DNA of 64,000 bases from a virus: positions 110,668 to 174,667 of IMG/VR virus record IMGVR_UViG_3300031951_000015; one strand, written 5' to 3'. Shown here piece after piece: positions 47,901 through 58,813 of the stretch; position 1 is the first letter of the stretch, and every line of letters begins with the position of its first letter. Under the pieces are notes generated by a model. That model was not told the DNA's origin. It did no database searches and saw only the letters and a program-made list of their open reading frames with translations. The translations under genes and the position numbers were made by a program.

Positions 47901-48579
47901 TATGATTCTTTTTTAAAGCAATGATTTTGGGTTCATAAGGATACTCAGGATTATTCATCTGTTCCTCAGCAAAACAATATGAAGGAGTCAAACTAAGGGT
48001 AGGAGGATTATCGATCAGGTATCGATTCATTTGAGATTCATCGTGCCAAAGAGCAATAACTCCATTTTCAAGATCTCGATTCACGCGGTCAGCAATAACC
48101 TCCGCCATTTCAAGGAATCTCTTGGTTGATCCACCATTGAAACCACCAGCATAATAATTCTCACCTTCTTCACCATATGGAACATATGCTAGAGAATTAG
48201 GATTTCTATCATAAGTTCTTTCTTCTTTCTTATGAAAAGATTGATAAGGATGCATTGTGGCAACAAGATCACTTAGAACCTCATCACCAACCTTATCAAC
48301 CAAACCCATATCAACATCAAAGTAGAAACAATAATCAAACTGAGAAATAAAATCTTTTTCCCTAATAAAGTAATTATACCTTTTCAAAGTTGGCATCGGC
48401 CAAGGTTCATGATCAATCTGACAAACTCTTACATTATCAGATGTTTCTACTTCATGATCGGTAAAAAGTAGACAATTAATTTCATGCCCATTAAGAAAAT
48501 TCTCCTCGATATTATCAAGAAGTCTTTCAACAAACTGAATGTATTTGTTTGTTGCAATAGTCAGAATACAAATTTTCAT
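47884..48579 (-). CDS. glycosyltransferase family 6 (ABO-type)
   Basis: IAT.KY, FTD, WP..TL.R, FDVD, YYAGGFNGG, WHDES..NRY. Confidence 0.9.
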   Translation of the reverse strand: MKICILTIATNKYIQFVERLLDNIEENFLNGHEINCLLFTDHEVETSDNVRVCQIDHEPWPMPTLKRYNYFIREKDFISQFDYCFYFDVDMGLVDKVGDEVLSDLVATMHPYQSFHKKEERTYDRNPNSLAYVPYGEEGENYYAGGFNGGSTKRFLEMAEVIADRVNRDLENGVIALWHDESQMNRYLIDNPPTLSLTPSYCFAEEQMNNPEYPYEPKIIALKKNHNELRS

Positions 48580-49196
48580 TTATTTTTAATGTAAAGTGCA
48601 TCACCCCACTTATACCAAGTTTCTGGCCAATGAGTTTCGACTCTTTCAAATCCATACTCACTTAAAAACTCATCCAATTCTTCAACCATAGGAATTCCTT
48701 CATACATTTCCCCACGATTGACTTCACAATACACATAATCAATTTGTTGAAGAGTTTTTTGTCCTCCTCTAAAAACTTCTAGTTCATATCCCTGAACATC
48801 AATATTGATGAAATTTGATTCTCCAATATCAAATGTATCAAGAGTATCAACTTCAACTTCTTCAGTTCCATCAAAAGACACATCTGGATGATGTTCCAGA
48901 TGTTCTTTTGGTTTTAAAATAGAACTACTCTGTGCTTCATTGCTACTTAGATACATCGTAGCAGTTCCTTTCTTACTACCAAGGGCAACCTGATATCCCT
49001 GAATGTCAGCGTTTACATTCTGAAGGCGTTGAGAAAGAATGTCAAAGTTTTCAGAAAGTGGTTCAAAAACAGTTATCTTCTGAATACCATTATCAACATA
49101 CTCTTGAATTTCTTCACCATAGTGAGCACCAATATGAACAACACCTTTAATGTTCATATTATATTTTCTTCGCAGGTTGGTAAAACTTATTAGCAT
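48576..49196 (-). CDS. FkbM-family methyltransferase
   Basis: HIGAH.G.E, FEP, IDVQGYELEV..G, WGDALY. Confidence 0.9.
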   Translation of the reverse strand: MLISFTNLRRKYNMNIKGVVHIGAHYGEEIQEYVDNGIQKITVFEPLSENFDILSQRLQNVNADIQGYQVALGSKKGTATMYLSSNEAQSSSILKPKEHLEHHPDVSFDGTEEVEVDTLDTFDIGESNFINIDVQGYELEVFRGGQKTLQQIDYVYCEVNRGEMYEGIPMVEELDEFLSEYGFERVETHWPETWYKWGDALYIKNK

Positions 49197-49197
49197 T

Positions 49198-50079
49198 TTA
49201 TTTTGAAATTGTTTTAGCGATTTGATTCAGGGTTCCATCCCAAGTCAAGTACTTATCATAGACCATTCTACCATATTCAAGATAATTTTCATACTCACCA
49301 GTTTCCAAAAGATGATCAACAATACTTGGAATAGTATCTATACTATTTTCATCGATAAGGATTGCTGCCTTATTCCAATCAATCTCATCAGCAAAAGGTA
49401 ACCAAAATACATCACTAATATAGATGGGAATAGCATCCATCTGCATAGTTTCATACATTCTGAATGAAGTTGGTCCATACCCTCTTGGGGCAAGTCCAAA
49501 TACAGAATCATATATAATATCTCTAAATGCCTCAGAAAGACCATTAGAAAGATTTACGGCAAACTTATACCCATCTATTCCTTGCAACTTATCACACATT
49601 ACTTTACGAATGGGGTGAGTATCATTCCTTCCTGCAAACCCAACTTTGTTCATTCTTGTTTCTTTTGGAGAACCAGGATGAGGATCTGAAAGAAGTGGAA
49701 TGGGAATATACTCTTGCGTTGGTGCTTTTGGTGACTTAGGAGAATTTGAAGAGGCAAAAACTTTACAGTTATCAATGGAAACTAGTGTTCCATCATCATA
49801 CTGAACAACGGTAAAAAACTTCTCACCAGGATACTTACTTGGCAATTCATTGACCCAGTTTTGAATCTCTGCAATCTTTTCAGTATCATTTCCCCAATTA
49901 CTACTACAATGATATTGAGTCCATTGAATAGGAATATAGATGTAATCACTATCAATATCCATTGTAGTGAAGTAAGAAAATGCTCTCTCCTCAATTAAAG
50001 GGTTAAGACCTTGATGAGGAGGATATCTAAATGTATTTTTAGGCAACCACTGTTGTGGAGTATCAACAATTCTGATCAT
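49198..50079 (-). CDS. exostosin (GT47)-like glycosyltransferase
   Basis: F.LAPRGYG.TSFR.YE, IP.YISD..WLPF...IDW. Confidence 0.85.
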   Translation of the reverse strand: MIRIVDTPQQWLPKNTFRYPPHQGLNPLIEERAFSYFTTMDIDSDYIYIPIQWTQYHCSSNWGNDTEKIAEIQNWVNELPSKYPGEKFFTVVQYDDGTLVSIDNCKVFASSNSPKSPKAPTQEYIPIPLLSDPHPGSPKETRMNKVGFAGRNDTHPIRKVMCDKLQGIDGYKFAVNLSNGLSEAFRDIIYDSVFGLAPRGYGPTSFRMYETMQMDAIPIYISDVFWLPFADEIDWNKAAILIDENSIDTIPSIVDHLLETGEYENYLEYGRMVYDKYLTWDGTLNQIAKTISK

Positions 50080-50822
50080 AAGTCTAAGATTTTTGTTTTA
50101 TAAAGATCTGCAGAAAGAGAAGAGTTGGAACCACAAGCATTCCAATAACTAGCACTTCTCAATCTATGATTATAATAAAATTCAGGAACAACTTTAAATT
50201 CACCACCATTCATTATCCAGAAGTAAGAAAATGCTAAGACATCTGCGTGGAGTAGTTCTGTTTGTTTATTTTCAAAAGGTTCTTCAATGAGTTTGAGATA
50301 AGCATTACGATTGAATACATAATTACCAGTATTTAAAAACCAATCAAACCACTTGGTTCTTTTGATAATTCCATCTTTTGCTTCTTCAATACCCACAATA
50401 TCATATTTAAATTTGTAGTGTGCTTCATCAGTGTATCCGTTTTCTGCATTATGAAGTAGAAGTTTTTCCGGACAATAACAAATATTTTCTATTGGATCTA
50501 CAATACCCTGAATGACACTAAGAGTGTTTTCAGTTGGATGATTGTCACTATCAAGAAGGTAAATCCAGTCACAACTAGAATTCTTAACAGCAGTATATTT
50601 GTTTCTGAATCCGCCAAGATTTACTTCGTTTCTGAATAATTTAATTTTACTAGTATTAAGATCATCAACCACTTGATTAAGTTTTTGCCATTCCTCTTCT
50701 GAGGAACAATCATCATTAACAACGATTTCTTTTACAAAATTATTGTCCAACGCATAATTAACTGCTTCTTTAAAATACTGAGAAGTATTATAAAATGGTA
50801 TTGCTAATGTAATTTCTTTCAT
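50076..50822 (-). CDS. glycosyltransferase family 2
   Basis: IPFYN, EIVVNDDCS, N.G...N, LLDSDN. Confidence 0.85.
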   Translation of the reverse strand: MKEITLAIPFYNTSQYFKEAVNYALDNNFVKEIVVNDDCSSEEEWQKLNQVVDDLNTSKIKLFRNEVNLGGFRNKYTAVKNSSCDWIYLLDSDNHPTENTLSVIQGIVDPIENICYCPEKLLLHNAENGYTDEAHYKFKYDIVGIEEAKDGIIKRTKWFDWFLNTGNYVFNRNAYLKLIEEPFENKQTELLHADVLAFSYFWIMNGGEFKVVPEFYYNHRLRSASYWNACGSNSSLSADLYKTKILDL

Positions 50823-51571
50823 TATTTTAGTAAGTAATTGACAAACTCTTTGGAGGAAATAACCATATTATCATACTGGTCCATTTTTGTAACATCTGTA
50901 TATCTATTAAATGGAATCCCAAGCACTCTACAAATATCAATATATTGATCACAATATTGATGTGGATTTGGCGGGTATATTTCAATAATATTAGTGTTCT
51001 TTGAAGCAAATAATGAAAATACCATTCCACCACTTTGAGGTGCTATTACACACTTTGCATTATTAAAAATTTGAATTTTTTCAGAAACTGTATAATCTTC
51101 AAAGTAGATTGCTTTAAATCCTAGTTCTTGAAGGTCTTCTACTAACTCATTCTCATTCAAGATATGCCTCCGTTTAATATTATTATCTCTTCGGTTACCT
51201 TCACACAAATGAGACTTGCTTCGACAAATGTAAATATTTTCATACTCACTAGTGTCAAATCCACTGACCCTAGAAAGAAAAAGATCTCTTAAAAATGTAT
51301 ATGTTGTTGGATCAACATGAAATTGACCACTATTGTTTGAAATATTAACTGGTTTAATGGAAGGAATTAAAATAGACTCACCGCCATTGGGGACAATATT
51401 AATAAGATCATTTAAAATTTCAAATGTTTCTTTTTGATATGCAGTATAATCTTCTGCATCGAAGCAGACATTAACTTTTGTAGATAGATCAATTTGCTTT
51501 AAAGATCCTACCATATAGACAAACCAATGGTAGATAAAATCTTTACCAGCTTCCTCAATTTTATATTTCAT
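50822..51571 (-). CDS. glycosyltransferase family 61 (DUF563)-like
   Basis: YHW, IYI.R, R.I.NE.E, E.I..F..A..VIAP.SGG. Confidence 0.75.
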   Translation of the reverse strand: MKYKIEEAGKDFIYHWFVYMVGSLKQIDLSTKVNVCFDAEDYTAYQKETFEILNDLINIVPNGGESILIPSIKPVNISNNSGQFHVDPTTYTFLRDLFLSRVSGFDTSEYENIYICRSKSHLCEGNRRDNNIKRRHILNENELVEDLQELGFKAIYFEDYTVSEKIQIFNNAKCVIAPQSGGMVFSLFASKNTNIIEIYPPNPHQYCDQYIDICRVLGIPFNRYTDVTKMDQYDNMVISSKEFVNYLLK

Positions 51572-52332
51572 TTCCAAATAAAATTCCAATTTTCTAGTTT
51601 AGGACATTTTAACATATTTAAAAATTTATTATTACATTCAGGTCCATCACATCTGCGGTGTGGTTCATTTCTAGCATATGCATGAAGATTGATAGTCACG
51701 TCCTTCATTCTGTTAATACTTTGCATATGATAAACAAACAACGCTATCGAATTTTCAACTAAATGAATCTCATTAGCATTCTCAATAATTTTTGAAATAT
51801 TCAAAAAATTATCAGTTAACCGATGTAAATTAATTATTTCACCACTTACATATTTTCTATCTATCATTTCTTCTTCCATCTCACATACCACAGAATAATT
51901 TGATGGGAGATCAAGAGATTGGTATAAATTATCCTCAATGTCTAAGTCTCTTTCATAATTAAACTTAGATATTCTTAGATTTGGATCTAAACCTACTTCT
52001 GTATAAAAAGAAGATGCATTATCAGTAGAAACGAAAGATTCTATCCCAAACTTATTAATCTTATTGAAATACTTACCATTGTTACCTGGATTAGAATATA
52101 ATTCCCCAACTCTAACATCAATCACATCACATTCACATCCAGGATCAATAACACCCTCAACTGGAATAATTTTAGAATTATCCCTAAACATATGAGTCGT
52201 GAAAGGAACAACGACAGGAGTGTCATGAACTAGATAGACTTCATCATAAAATTCCGAAAGATATCGAATCATTCCATTTGTTGATATCCAATCTCCAAAC
52301 GCATCATAAACTACAAATACCAAAGTTTTCAT
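51568..52332 (-). CDS. hypothetical glycan-related protein
   Basis: FGD.I..NGMIRY, IENA.EIHLV..S; GT-B-like. Confidence 0.55.
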   Translation of the reverse strand: MKTLVFVVYDAFGDWISTNGMIRYLSEFYDEVYLVHDTPVVVPFTTHMFRDNSKIIPVEGVIDPGCECDVIDVRVGELYSNPGNNGKYFNKINKFGIESFVSTDNASSFYTEVGLDPNLRISKFNYERDLDIEDNLYQSLDLPSNYSVVCEMEEEMIDRKYVSGEIINLHRLTDNFLNISKIIENANEIHLVENSIALFVYHMQSINRMKDVTINLHAYARNEPHRRCDGPECNNKFLNMLKCPKLENWNFIWK

Positions 52333-52769
52333 AAAAGTGCAGGATAATCAGTGCATATTCCAAAGGGTTTTTCATATCCTGGCATAAAAGTTTCAATATC
52401 TTCTTTATTAATTAAAGGAATAATAGTAGTATGATCTATCTTTTGAGTTAGATCGTGCAACCATATTATACCAGTTGATGTATAAACAAAACTATCAGAA
52501 CTATGGCAAAAAGAATGATATGCCCAACACTCCTTTGCTGCTTCAAGATTTTTACAGTGTAACCATAAGTAGTGTCTACGTTTATCCAACCAATTATGGT
52601 CTACTTTATATTGTGGAAAATCATGCCCCAACCAAAGTTCACCATTGATTGAACGAACATCAATCTCAACATGAAATCCGCTCCCAATTGCACAATCAAT
52701 ATAACTTGGACGATTTTCTTTGTCAGGAACAGCACCACGAATGTTTCCTCTATGAGAAATAATAATCAC
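52329..52769 (-). CDS. GDPD/PI-PLC-like phosphodiesterase
   Basis: ISHRGN, EN.P.YI, VEIDV, LGHD, W.HCKN, GICTD. Confidence 0.75.
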   Translation of the reverse strand: MIIISHRGNIRGAVPDKENRPSYIDCAIGSGFHVEIDVRSINGELWLGHDFPQYKVDHNWLDKRRHYLWLHCKNLEAAKECWAYHSFCHSSDSFVYTSTGIIWLHDLTQKIDHTTIIPLINKEDIETFMPGYEKPFGICTDYPALL

Positions 52770-53077
52770 AGTTCTTCAATCCTCAAAGATTTATCTTCAA
52801 TAAACAAATCATAAAAAGGTTTATTAACTAAAAGTTCGTGGTACTTTGCCCCCCACTCATTCAACTGCCTAGTAGTAAGTTCAGTCCAGTCTTTTTGTTT
52901 TCTACTTCCTCTAGCAGTCCAATAAACAATAGTATTCCCTTCATCATAAAGTTTATTAATTTTCTCTATGTTTTCTAGAATAGGTTTTGCTTTTGTATAA
53001 TCATGAGTTGTTCCAAAGTCAACAGATGTTTCTCTATGACAAATGGTCTCATCAATGTCAACATAAATCACTTTCAT
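52766..53077 (-). CDS. HAD-family (capsule biosynthesis-type) phosphatase
   Basis: YVDIDETI, YWTARG, KP.YD.FIEDK. Confidence 0.8.
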   Translation of the reverse strand: MKVIYVDIDETICHRETSVDFGTTHDYTKAKPILENIEKINKLYDEGNTIVYWTARGSRKQKDWTELTTRQLNEWGAKYHELLVNKPFYDLFIEDKSLRIEEL

Positions 53078-53745
53078 TGATACATATTTCTCCGATAATT
53101 TTCATTGGGACAAGTATCAACATCGGCAACTTCTTGTTCTGTTAAGAACTTAACTCCACCTAAAAGTTTTGCGCCAATAAAAATATCAGCAGACTTTTCA
53201 CACATTAGAGTAGAAGCTGCACAATCTTTTTTAGATGCAGATGCTGTGATTATACCATGGTTTTGAAGTAGAATCAACTTTGGAAAGAATCCTTCATGAT
53301 CTACAAATCTAGATACATGCTTCTCCACTAACTTCAATATTGATTCTCCTGGTGGTGCATAAGGGACAACACAAGACTTTGTACCATTCCTCACGATCTG
53401 ATCGGGGAACCATCTATGCTCAGCAAAATCATAAAGAACCGATGGCTCAGAACACAAAATTTTAGTTGTATGTGGTGGATGCGTGTGAGCGATAAAATTT
53501 ACTTCCGGAAAAGTCTTCATAATCCAAGCATGAAAAGAAGTTTCGATACTTGGTTTTTTATGAAGAAGTTCTATCTGTGCTCCATTAGTATTGCATAAGG
53601 TCAAATCTTCTTCTGATAATGTATGAAGACTTGTTCCACTTGCCTTAATCAAAAAAGTATTTTCATCTACCCTTACTGAGACATTACCCTCACCACAAAT
53701 AGTGTAGTCACTGATTTCTCTTGCTAGTTCTAGTATTTCAGACAT
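53074..53745 (-). CDS. class II aldolase/adducin family protein
   Basis: GEGN.S, KASG, PS.E..FH, HTHP, LQNHG. Confidence 0.85.
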   Translation of the reverse strand: MSEILELAREISDYTICGEGNVSVRVDENTFLIKASGTSLHTLSEEDLTLCNTNGAQIELLHKKPSIETSFHAWIMKTFPEVNFIAHTHPPHTTKILCSEPSVLYDFAEHRWFPDQIVRNGTKSCVVPYAPPGESILKLVEKHVSRFVDHEGFFPKLILLQNHGIITASASKKDCAASTLMCEKSADIFIGAKLLGGVKFLTEQEVADVDTCPNENYRRNMYQ

Positions 53746-54841
53746 CTTTAAGAAATGTTGCTAACGTATTTAGATTTACCCTCCAAGGCGAGTTCAGACC
53801 CCCAGAAATAGAAAGAGACCCATCGCTTTCAACGGTCTCCTCAATCTTCTCAACAAACTCAGTATCATTAAAATGATAAAGTTGAGTATGACTCATAGAA
53901 TACTCAAATCGAGTGTTGATATCAAAGAATAAAGGACTATTAATTGAAATGACTTTTGTTTCTGGTGGTGAAAAAATTACGTTACACATACCACCACCGA
54001 TAGGACCAGCAACATATTTTGCAGAGTTAAACAATCCGATCTTCTCTTTCATCGTCATATTTTCACAGAAGATCTCCTCATATCCATAAGACTTAAAGAG
54101 TTCTACAACTTCATCTTCATTTATACAACGGCGGCGTTCGGTGTAGTTTGTACCGATATTTTCAAAGTTATTATGCAACCAAGTTCTACGTGAAATATAA
54201 ATCTTTTCTGGTCCTTGATAATCACCCTTCATACGATTAATAATATCAAATACTCCTGCATGTGGTGGCGTATTTGAAAGTCCATTATGAGTCAATGAAG
54301 ATCCAACTACAACAGTATTGTATAAGGTATCTGGGTTAAGAAACACAACATCTTTCTTTCTTATTCCCAAGAGTTCAAGACATTCCCAAACAAAAGGATA
54401 TAAATCATCTTTGCCTTCTGGTGGACTTACTAAAAGTTTAAGATCTGGATGAATCTCTTTCTCATTGAAGTATGAATAGAGGTAGGGTAGAGTATCATAG
54501 ATGAAGTGATAATAGTTCGCCATATTATACACAAAGTAGAATACAGGAACCGAACAAAAGTTCTTAAAGTGAAATGGATTATCCACTTCATACGCCATCG
54601 TTTCTTCATAAACTGTACCACGCCCAAGAGACATAAACATCTCTTTTGTTGGAAGAATTAATTTATGAGTTTGATGAGAATAAATTAGTGGTTGTGGATA
54701 GTGCTTCGATAATCCAGTAAATTGGCAGGAAAAGAAGTATGCAACTTCAATATCCCTGCCATTGTCATCATTTTCTTTTATAAGTCTTGTTCTTCCAGAG
54801 TTCCAGTATTCAATTGGTAAAATAGTCTTTTGTATACTCAT
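53738..54841 (-). CDS. glycosyltransferase family 61 (DUF563)-like
   Basis: NYYHF.YD.LP, KIYISRR, NE.E, EKI..F..A..V.G..GGG..N. Confidence 0.8.
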   Translation of the reverse strand: MSIQKTILPIEYWNSGRTRLIKENDDNGRDIEVAYFFSCQFTGLSKHYPQPLIYSHQTHKLILPTKEMFMSLGRGTVYEETMAYEVDNPFHFKNFCSVPVFYFVYNMANYYHFIYDTLPYLYSYFNEKEIHPDLKLLVSPPEGKDDLYPFVWECLELLGIRKKDVVFLNPDTLYNTVVVGSSLTHNGLSNTPPHAGVFDIINRMKGDYQGPEKIYISRRTWLHNNFENIGTNYTERRRCINEDEVVELFKSYGYEEIFCENMTMKEKIGLFNSAKYVAGPIGGGMCNVIFSPPETKVISINSPLFFDINTRFEYSMSHTQLYHFNDTEFVEKIEETVESDGSLSISGGLNSPWRVNLNTLATFLKDV

Positions 54842-56372
54842 AAGGATGCCAATCAACTTTATTGAAAAATCTTTGCCAATATTCGTAAGTTTTTAAATCG
54901 TTAGGTGTCCCCCAACAAATATAATTATCAATCTCAAAATTCTTGACTTTATATCCCAAATGAATTGCTTCGTTTAACATACTATCAACATAAAATTCAC
55001 CATTTGTCCTAGTGTTATTCTTGTAAAGAGATTCAAGAGAACGATAAAAAATTTCTTTTGTTCTGAAAAACATAGTTCCAGTGATAGCATATTCATTTAC
55101 AGGATTTTCTCCCATAAACTTTTTCACATCAACACGAGTTACATTACCATCACCATCACAGTTCACCCAAGAATATGCATTTGGTTGTAAGTGACTTGTA
55201 TAGTTGTTACGATAAGTCCATACAATTATATCATTATTTTCATCATTCACCAAATCCAAAAACTTATCTGCATCATAAAAAACTCCATTATCGCAGGCAG
55301 AGATAAGAATAGAGTTATCTGGATCACATTGATTTACAATCTTTTCGGTTGTACATGCCTGCCCTTCAAGAACTTCATCAATCCATACAATATTTTCTCC
55401 TGGTGCTTGATACCCTTTCAAACAAGCATAGATAATCTCGTCAGTTTTGGGGAGGCATCTAACTGCCTGCTCAACCATATTTTTACCATTAACTTTGATG
55501 AATGGTTTTGGTTCAGTATATCCTTCCTTAGAAAATCTACTACCAGCACCCGCCATTGGAAGAGCAAGAGTGCAGTTTTCAAGTCGTACTTCTTTCTGAC
55601 CTTCTAGTGCTTTGCGATAATAATTAGACCAACTAGTATAAACATCTAGATCAAAAGGAGTTCCCCACTGCAACATGTAGGGGATTCCATATACAGTATT
55701 ATATAACCCATCCCTTACCATTAAATTATAAATTAAACTTACATAATATTCACCATTAATATTGATATCTTCATCCATCAACTGCTTAAAATATTTCTTA
55801 ACATAACTACCCTTTCTAAAATAGTAATTACCAGCAGAGGCAAACTCAGACATCTTATCATCTGTAAATGGTTGCTTCTCCCTAACTTCTAATATTTTTT
55901 CATCTGGTCCACTATCATCAGTACGACAGAAAGCGTAGTTATCACTACCTAACATATGGGGATGAAATCCAGTGTAACAAATTACACACCCATCACACTC
56001 TACAGTATTCAAGTATTCCCTAAAATGCCTATAATCCCAATAAATTGAAAAATCACAATAATTGACAATAACCTCTTCATCATCATCAATTAAATGATCA
56101 AACTCTGATACAGAATATACTGGACCTTTTTTATGGCAAGGAATAGTGACTATTTCCTTCTTATCTACGAGTTTATCTAATACTTCAATAATGTCAGTTT
56201 CTTTCTTATGTTTATCATTAATAATAAAAACAAAGTCACTATCTTCTGGATATAGGTTGACTATATGCTCTATGACTTTCTTTCCATCTACTTCAATAAG
56301 ATATTTTGGAATATCATACCCAGCAGCAGCAAACCTACTGCTCATACCAGACATTGGAATAACGACTTTCAT
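54810..56372 (-). CDS. two-domain sugar nucleotidyltransferase-like protein
   Basis: Tandem IPM.G..SRF...GY..PK..I.V.GK domains, each with NGE(Y/F)YV and WGTP.DL. Confidence 0.85.
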   Translation of the reverse strand: MKVVIPMSGMSSRFAAAGYDIPKYLIEVDGKKVIEHIVNLYPEDSDFVFIINDKHKKETDIIEVLDKLVDKKEIVTIPCHKKGPVYSVSEFDHLIDDDEEVIVNYCDFSIYWDYRHFREYLNTVECDGCVICYTGFHPHMLGSDNYAFCRTDDSGPDEKILEVREKQPFTDDKMSEFASAGNYYFRKGSYVKKYFKQLMDEDININGEYYVSLIYNLMVRDGLYNTVYGIPYMLQWGTPFDLDVYTSWSNYYRKALEGQKEVRLENCTLALPMAGAGSRFSKEGYTEPKPFIKVNGKNMVEQAVRCLPKTDEIIYACLKGYQAPGENIVWIDEVLEGQACTTEKIVNQCDPDNSILISACDNGVFYDADKFLDLVNDENNDIIVWTYRNNYTSHLQPNAYSWVNCDGDGNVTRVDVKKFMGENPVNEYAITGTMFFRTKEIFYRSLESLYKNNTRTNGEFYVDSMLNEAIHLGYKVKNFEIDNYICWGTPNDLKTYEYWQRFFNKVDWHPYEYTKDYFTN

Positions 56373-56392
56373 ACCTAAACTTTTTTTAGTAT

Positions 56393-57094
56393 TTATTGGT
56401 GCCTGGAAGGATCGATAGTATATGGTTTATCAAAATATTCTACTCTTAGAACCTTATCATATACATTCTGAGTCACAGATGGTTCAAAATTACAAGGATA
56501 TCTACCTTTAAACAACTCCAACATCTCCATACAAAAATTATAAGTTTCAGTGTATGCAAGCATAGAATTTCTATTACCATATACAATAGCATCAGAAACC
56601 CAAGGAACATCCTTACCATATCCAAGAGGTTCACGAACAACAATAGGTGCAGTATAATTGCACCAAGGAATTACAGAAAATATTTTGTAAGAATCTGTTA
56701 TATTAATTTCTGGTAGAGATGAAGTTATAATATCAGAACGATATTTAATATAAGCATCATATTCAAACCCATTAGCATCAGCATACTTAGTCGCCATATC
56801 AAATGCATTTCTATCATTAAAAAACATTGACATTGGATTATATGGTTTTGGTTCTGAAAGATTTGTGTTGATGTTTATAAAAATATCTTCAAATCTTTTT
56901 GGAAATGTGTATGGATTGATATATAAACCCTTCAACCAAGTAGATAAATTTGTCCTTGCAATGTCATAATATTCAGAATCAATATCATTGATAGAGCAAA
57001 ATAAATCAACCTCATACTTAGAATTTTGTAGTAGAGGGAGAAGACAAGATTGATAACACTTTAATCTTCCAGAAATTAATAATGCAACCTTCAT
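56393..57094 (-). CDS. putative glycosyltransferase-like protein
   Basis: KVALLISG.L, YD..IK.R.D, SD.I.YG; late promoter downstream. Confidence 0.55.
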   Translation of the reverse strand: MKVALLISGRLKCYQSCLLPLLQNSKYEVDLFCSINDIDSEYYDIARTNLSTWLKGLYINPYTFPKRFEDIFININTNLSEPKPYNPMSMFFNDRNAFDMATKYADANGFEYDAYIKYRSDIITSSLPEINITDSYKIFSVIPWCNYTAPIVVREPLGYGKDVPWVSDAIVYGNRNSMLAYTETYNFCMEMLELFKGRYPCNFEPSVTQNVYDKVLRVEYFDKPYTIDPSRHQ

Positions 57095-57891
57095 ATTACA
57101 ATCCACTCAGGAAGATATAGGTCACTCAAATTCTTTGATGCATCTGCTCCACCAAACCAAACACTTGGAGAAACTGTCTTTTTACTATTTGCCAACCAAG
57201 CACCCCACCAAGAGAATGATGAATTAGCAATAATATGATACTGGCACAAAGACATCAAACACAAATCGACACCTGTACTATTACCTTCTGCAAAAATAAA
57301 ACGATCACCTTGGAATAATTCTTGCTCTTTACACCAATCAATACCATCAGAAAAAATCATCACGGGAATATCAGTTGGCATATGTGTCAGACCTTCTACA
57401 TAATATTCCAATGACTGAACAGGATGATGAGGATATTTTAGATAATCACCTCTACGAAGATGAATTGCAATAACTTCCGTATCTCCAAAGTTTGATTTAA
57501 ATGCTTCCTCGGTTGGTTCCCGAATTTCATCAGCAAATGTAAATGCCTCACGTATCTGCTTTTCAATATGTTTGAAATATTTTTCAGTCTGAAAATAACC
57601 ATATAGACTAATGTTATCTGGACAGTTATTCCAAAGGTTTTCATCTAACTCAAAACCAGATTCCATAATCTTAGGAAAATTAGTAACATACTTTGGTGCT
57701 TCCGGAATCTTGAAGCACTCAAACATTGTAATATCTGAGTTTACACAATTAATATCTCTGGTTGCTACGACTGCTCTTGGTGGTAAACAATACTCATATC
57801 CATGTCTTTGAGCAAGACCACGCAGAGCAGTATATTGAAACATCTGGTTTCCAAGTCTACCCAGATTTCCTAGATCATCATTTGCAAGCAT
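57091..57891 (-). CDS. alpha-1,2-fucosyltransferase (GT11)
   Basis: GRLGNQMFQY, GYFQ.EKYF, HLRRGDY, IIANSSFSWWGA. Confidence 0.93.
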   Translation of the reverse strand: MLANDDLGNLGRLGNQMFQYTALRGLAQRHGYEYCLPPRAVVATRDINCVNSDITMFECFKIPEAPKYVTNFPKIMESGFELDENLWNNCPDNISLYGYFQTEKYFKHIEKQIREAFTFADEIREPTEEAFKSNFGDTEVIAIHLRRGDYLKYPHHPVQSLEYYVEGLTHMPTDIPVMIFSDGIDWCKEQELFQGDRFIFAEGNSTGVDLCLMSLCQYHIIANSSFSWWGAWLANSKKTVSPSVWFGGADASKNLSDLYLPEWIVI

Positions 57892-58813
57892 TTTCTTTAT
57901 ACCATTGATAAGTTGATTCAATACCTTCACGAAGAGAAATTTTTGATTCCCATCCAAGTGCTTTGATTCTATCCACGTTCATCACCTTGCGGGGAGTTCC
58001 ATTTGGTTTGGTAAAATCCCAGTTGATATCACGATCATAACCAACAACATCAGCAATAATATTTGCAAGTTCCCAAATTCTAACATCCTCACCCGTGCCA
58101 ACATTAATATGTCCTGCATCTTCATACTTTTGCATACAAACGTAACACGCCTCAGCAAGATCATCAACATGCAAAAACTCGCGCATTGCAGAACCATCAC
58201 CCCAGAGTTTTACTTCCCAATACTTACTATGATCCAAAGCAGCGTGGAACTTTGCAATCATTGCAGGAAGAACGTGTGAGGTTTCCAGATCAAAGTTATC
58301 ATTCGGACCATAAAGATTCGTAGGCATCAGAGAGATGGCATTGAACCCATACTGTTGCCGATATGCTTGACACATCATAATGCCAGCGATCTTTGCAATC
58401 GCATAGGCATCATTCGTTGGTTCCAAAGGACCAGTCATCAACTGATCTTCTGTGATTGGTTGAGTTGCAAACTTAGGATAGATGCAAGAAGAACCAAGGA
58501 ACAGTAGTTTCTTCACACCAAAGTTATAGGACTGCTGTATAAGATTGGTTTGAATCTGTAAGTTTTCAGTCAGAAACTCTGCTTTATGATTATTGTTTGC
58601 CATAATGCCACCAACTTTTGCAGCAGCAACAAAAACATATTCAGGTTCTTCCGAACAGAAGTACCTTTCCGTTTCATCTTGATTGGTAAAATCTACATCA
58701 TCACGAGTTCCCTTGATGATATTAGTATATCCTTTACTTTCAAGATTTCTTACGATTGCAGATCCAACCATTCCATTGGCACCAGCAACTAATACTCTAG
58801 AATCACTGTCCAT
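57878..58813 (-). CDS. fcl: GDP-L-fucose synthase
   Basis: [43 protein letters not shown]. Confidence 0.96.
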   Translation of the reverse strand: MDSDSRVLVAGANGMVGSAIVRNLESKGYTNIIKGTRDDVDFTNQDETERYFCSEEPEYVFVAAAKVGGIMANNNHKAEFLTENLQIQTNLIQQSYNFGVKKLLFLGSSCIYPKFATQPITEDQLMTGPLEPTNDAYAIAKIAGIMMCQAYRQQYGFNAISLMPTNLYGPNDNFDLETSHVLPAMIAKFHAALDHSKYWEVKLWGDGSAMREFLHVDDLAEACYVCMQKYEDAGHINVGTGEDVRIWELANIIADVVGYDRDINWDFTKPNGTPRKVMNVDRIKALGWESKISLREGIESTYQWYKENACK

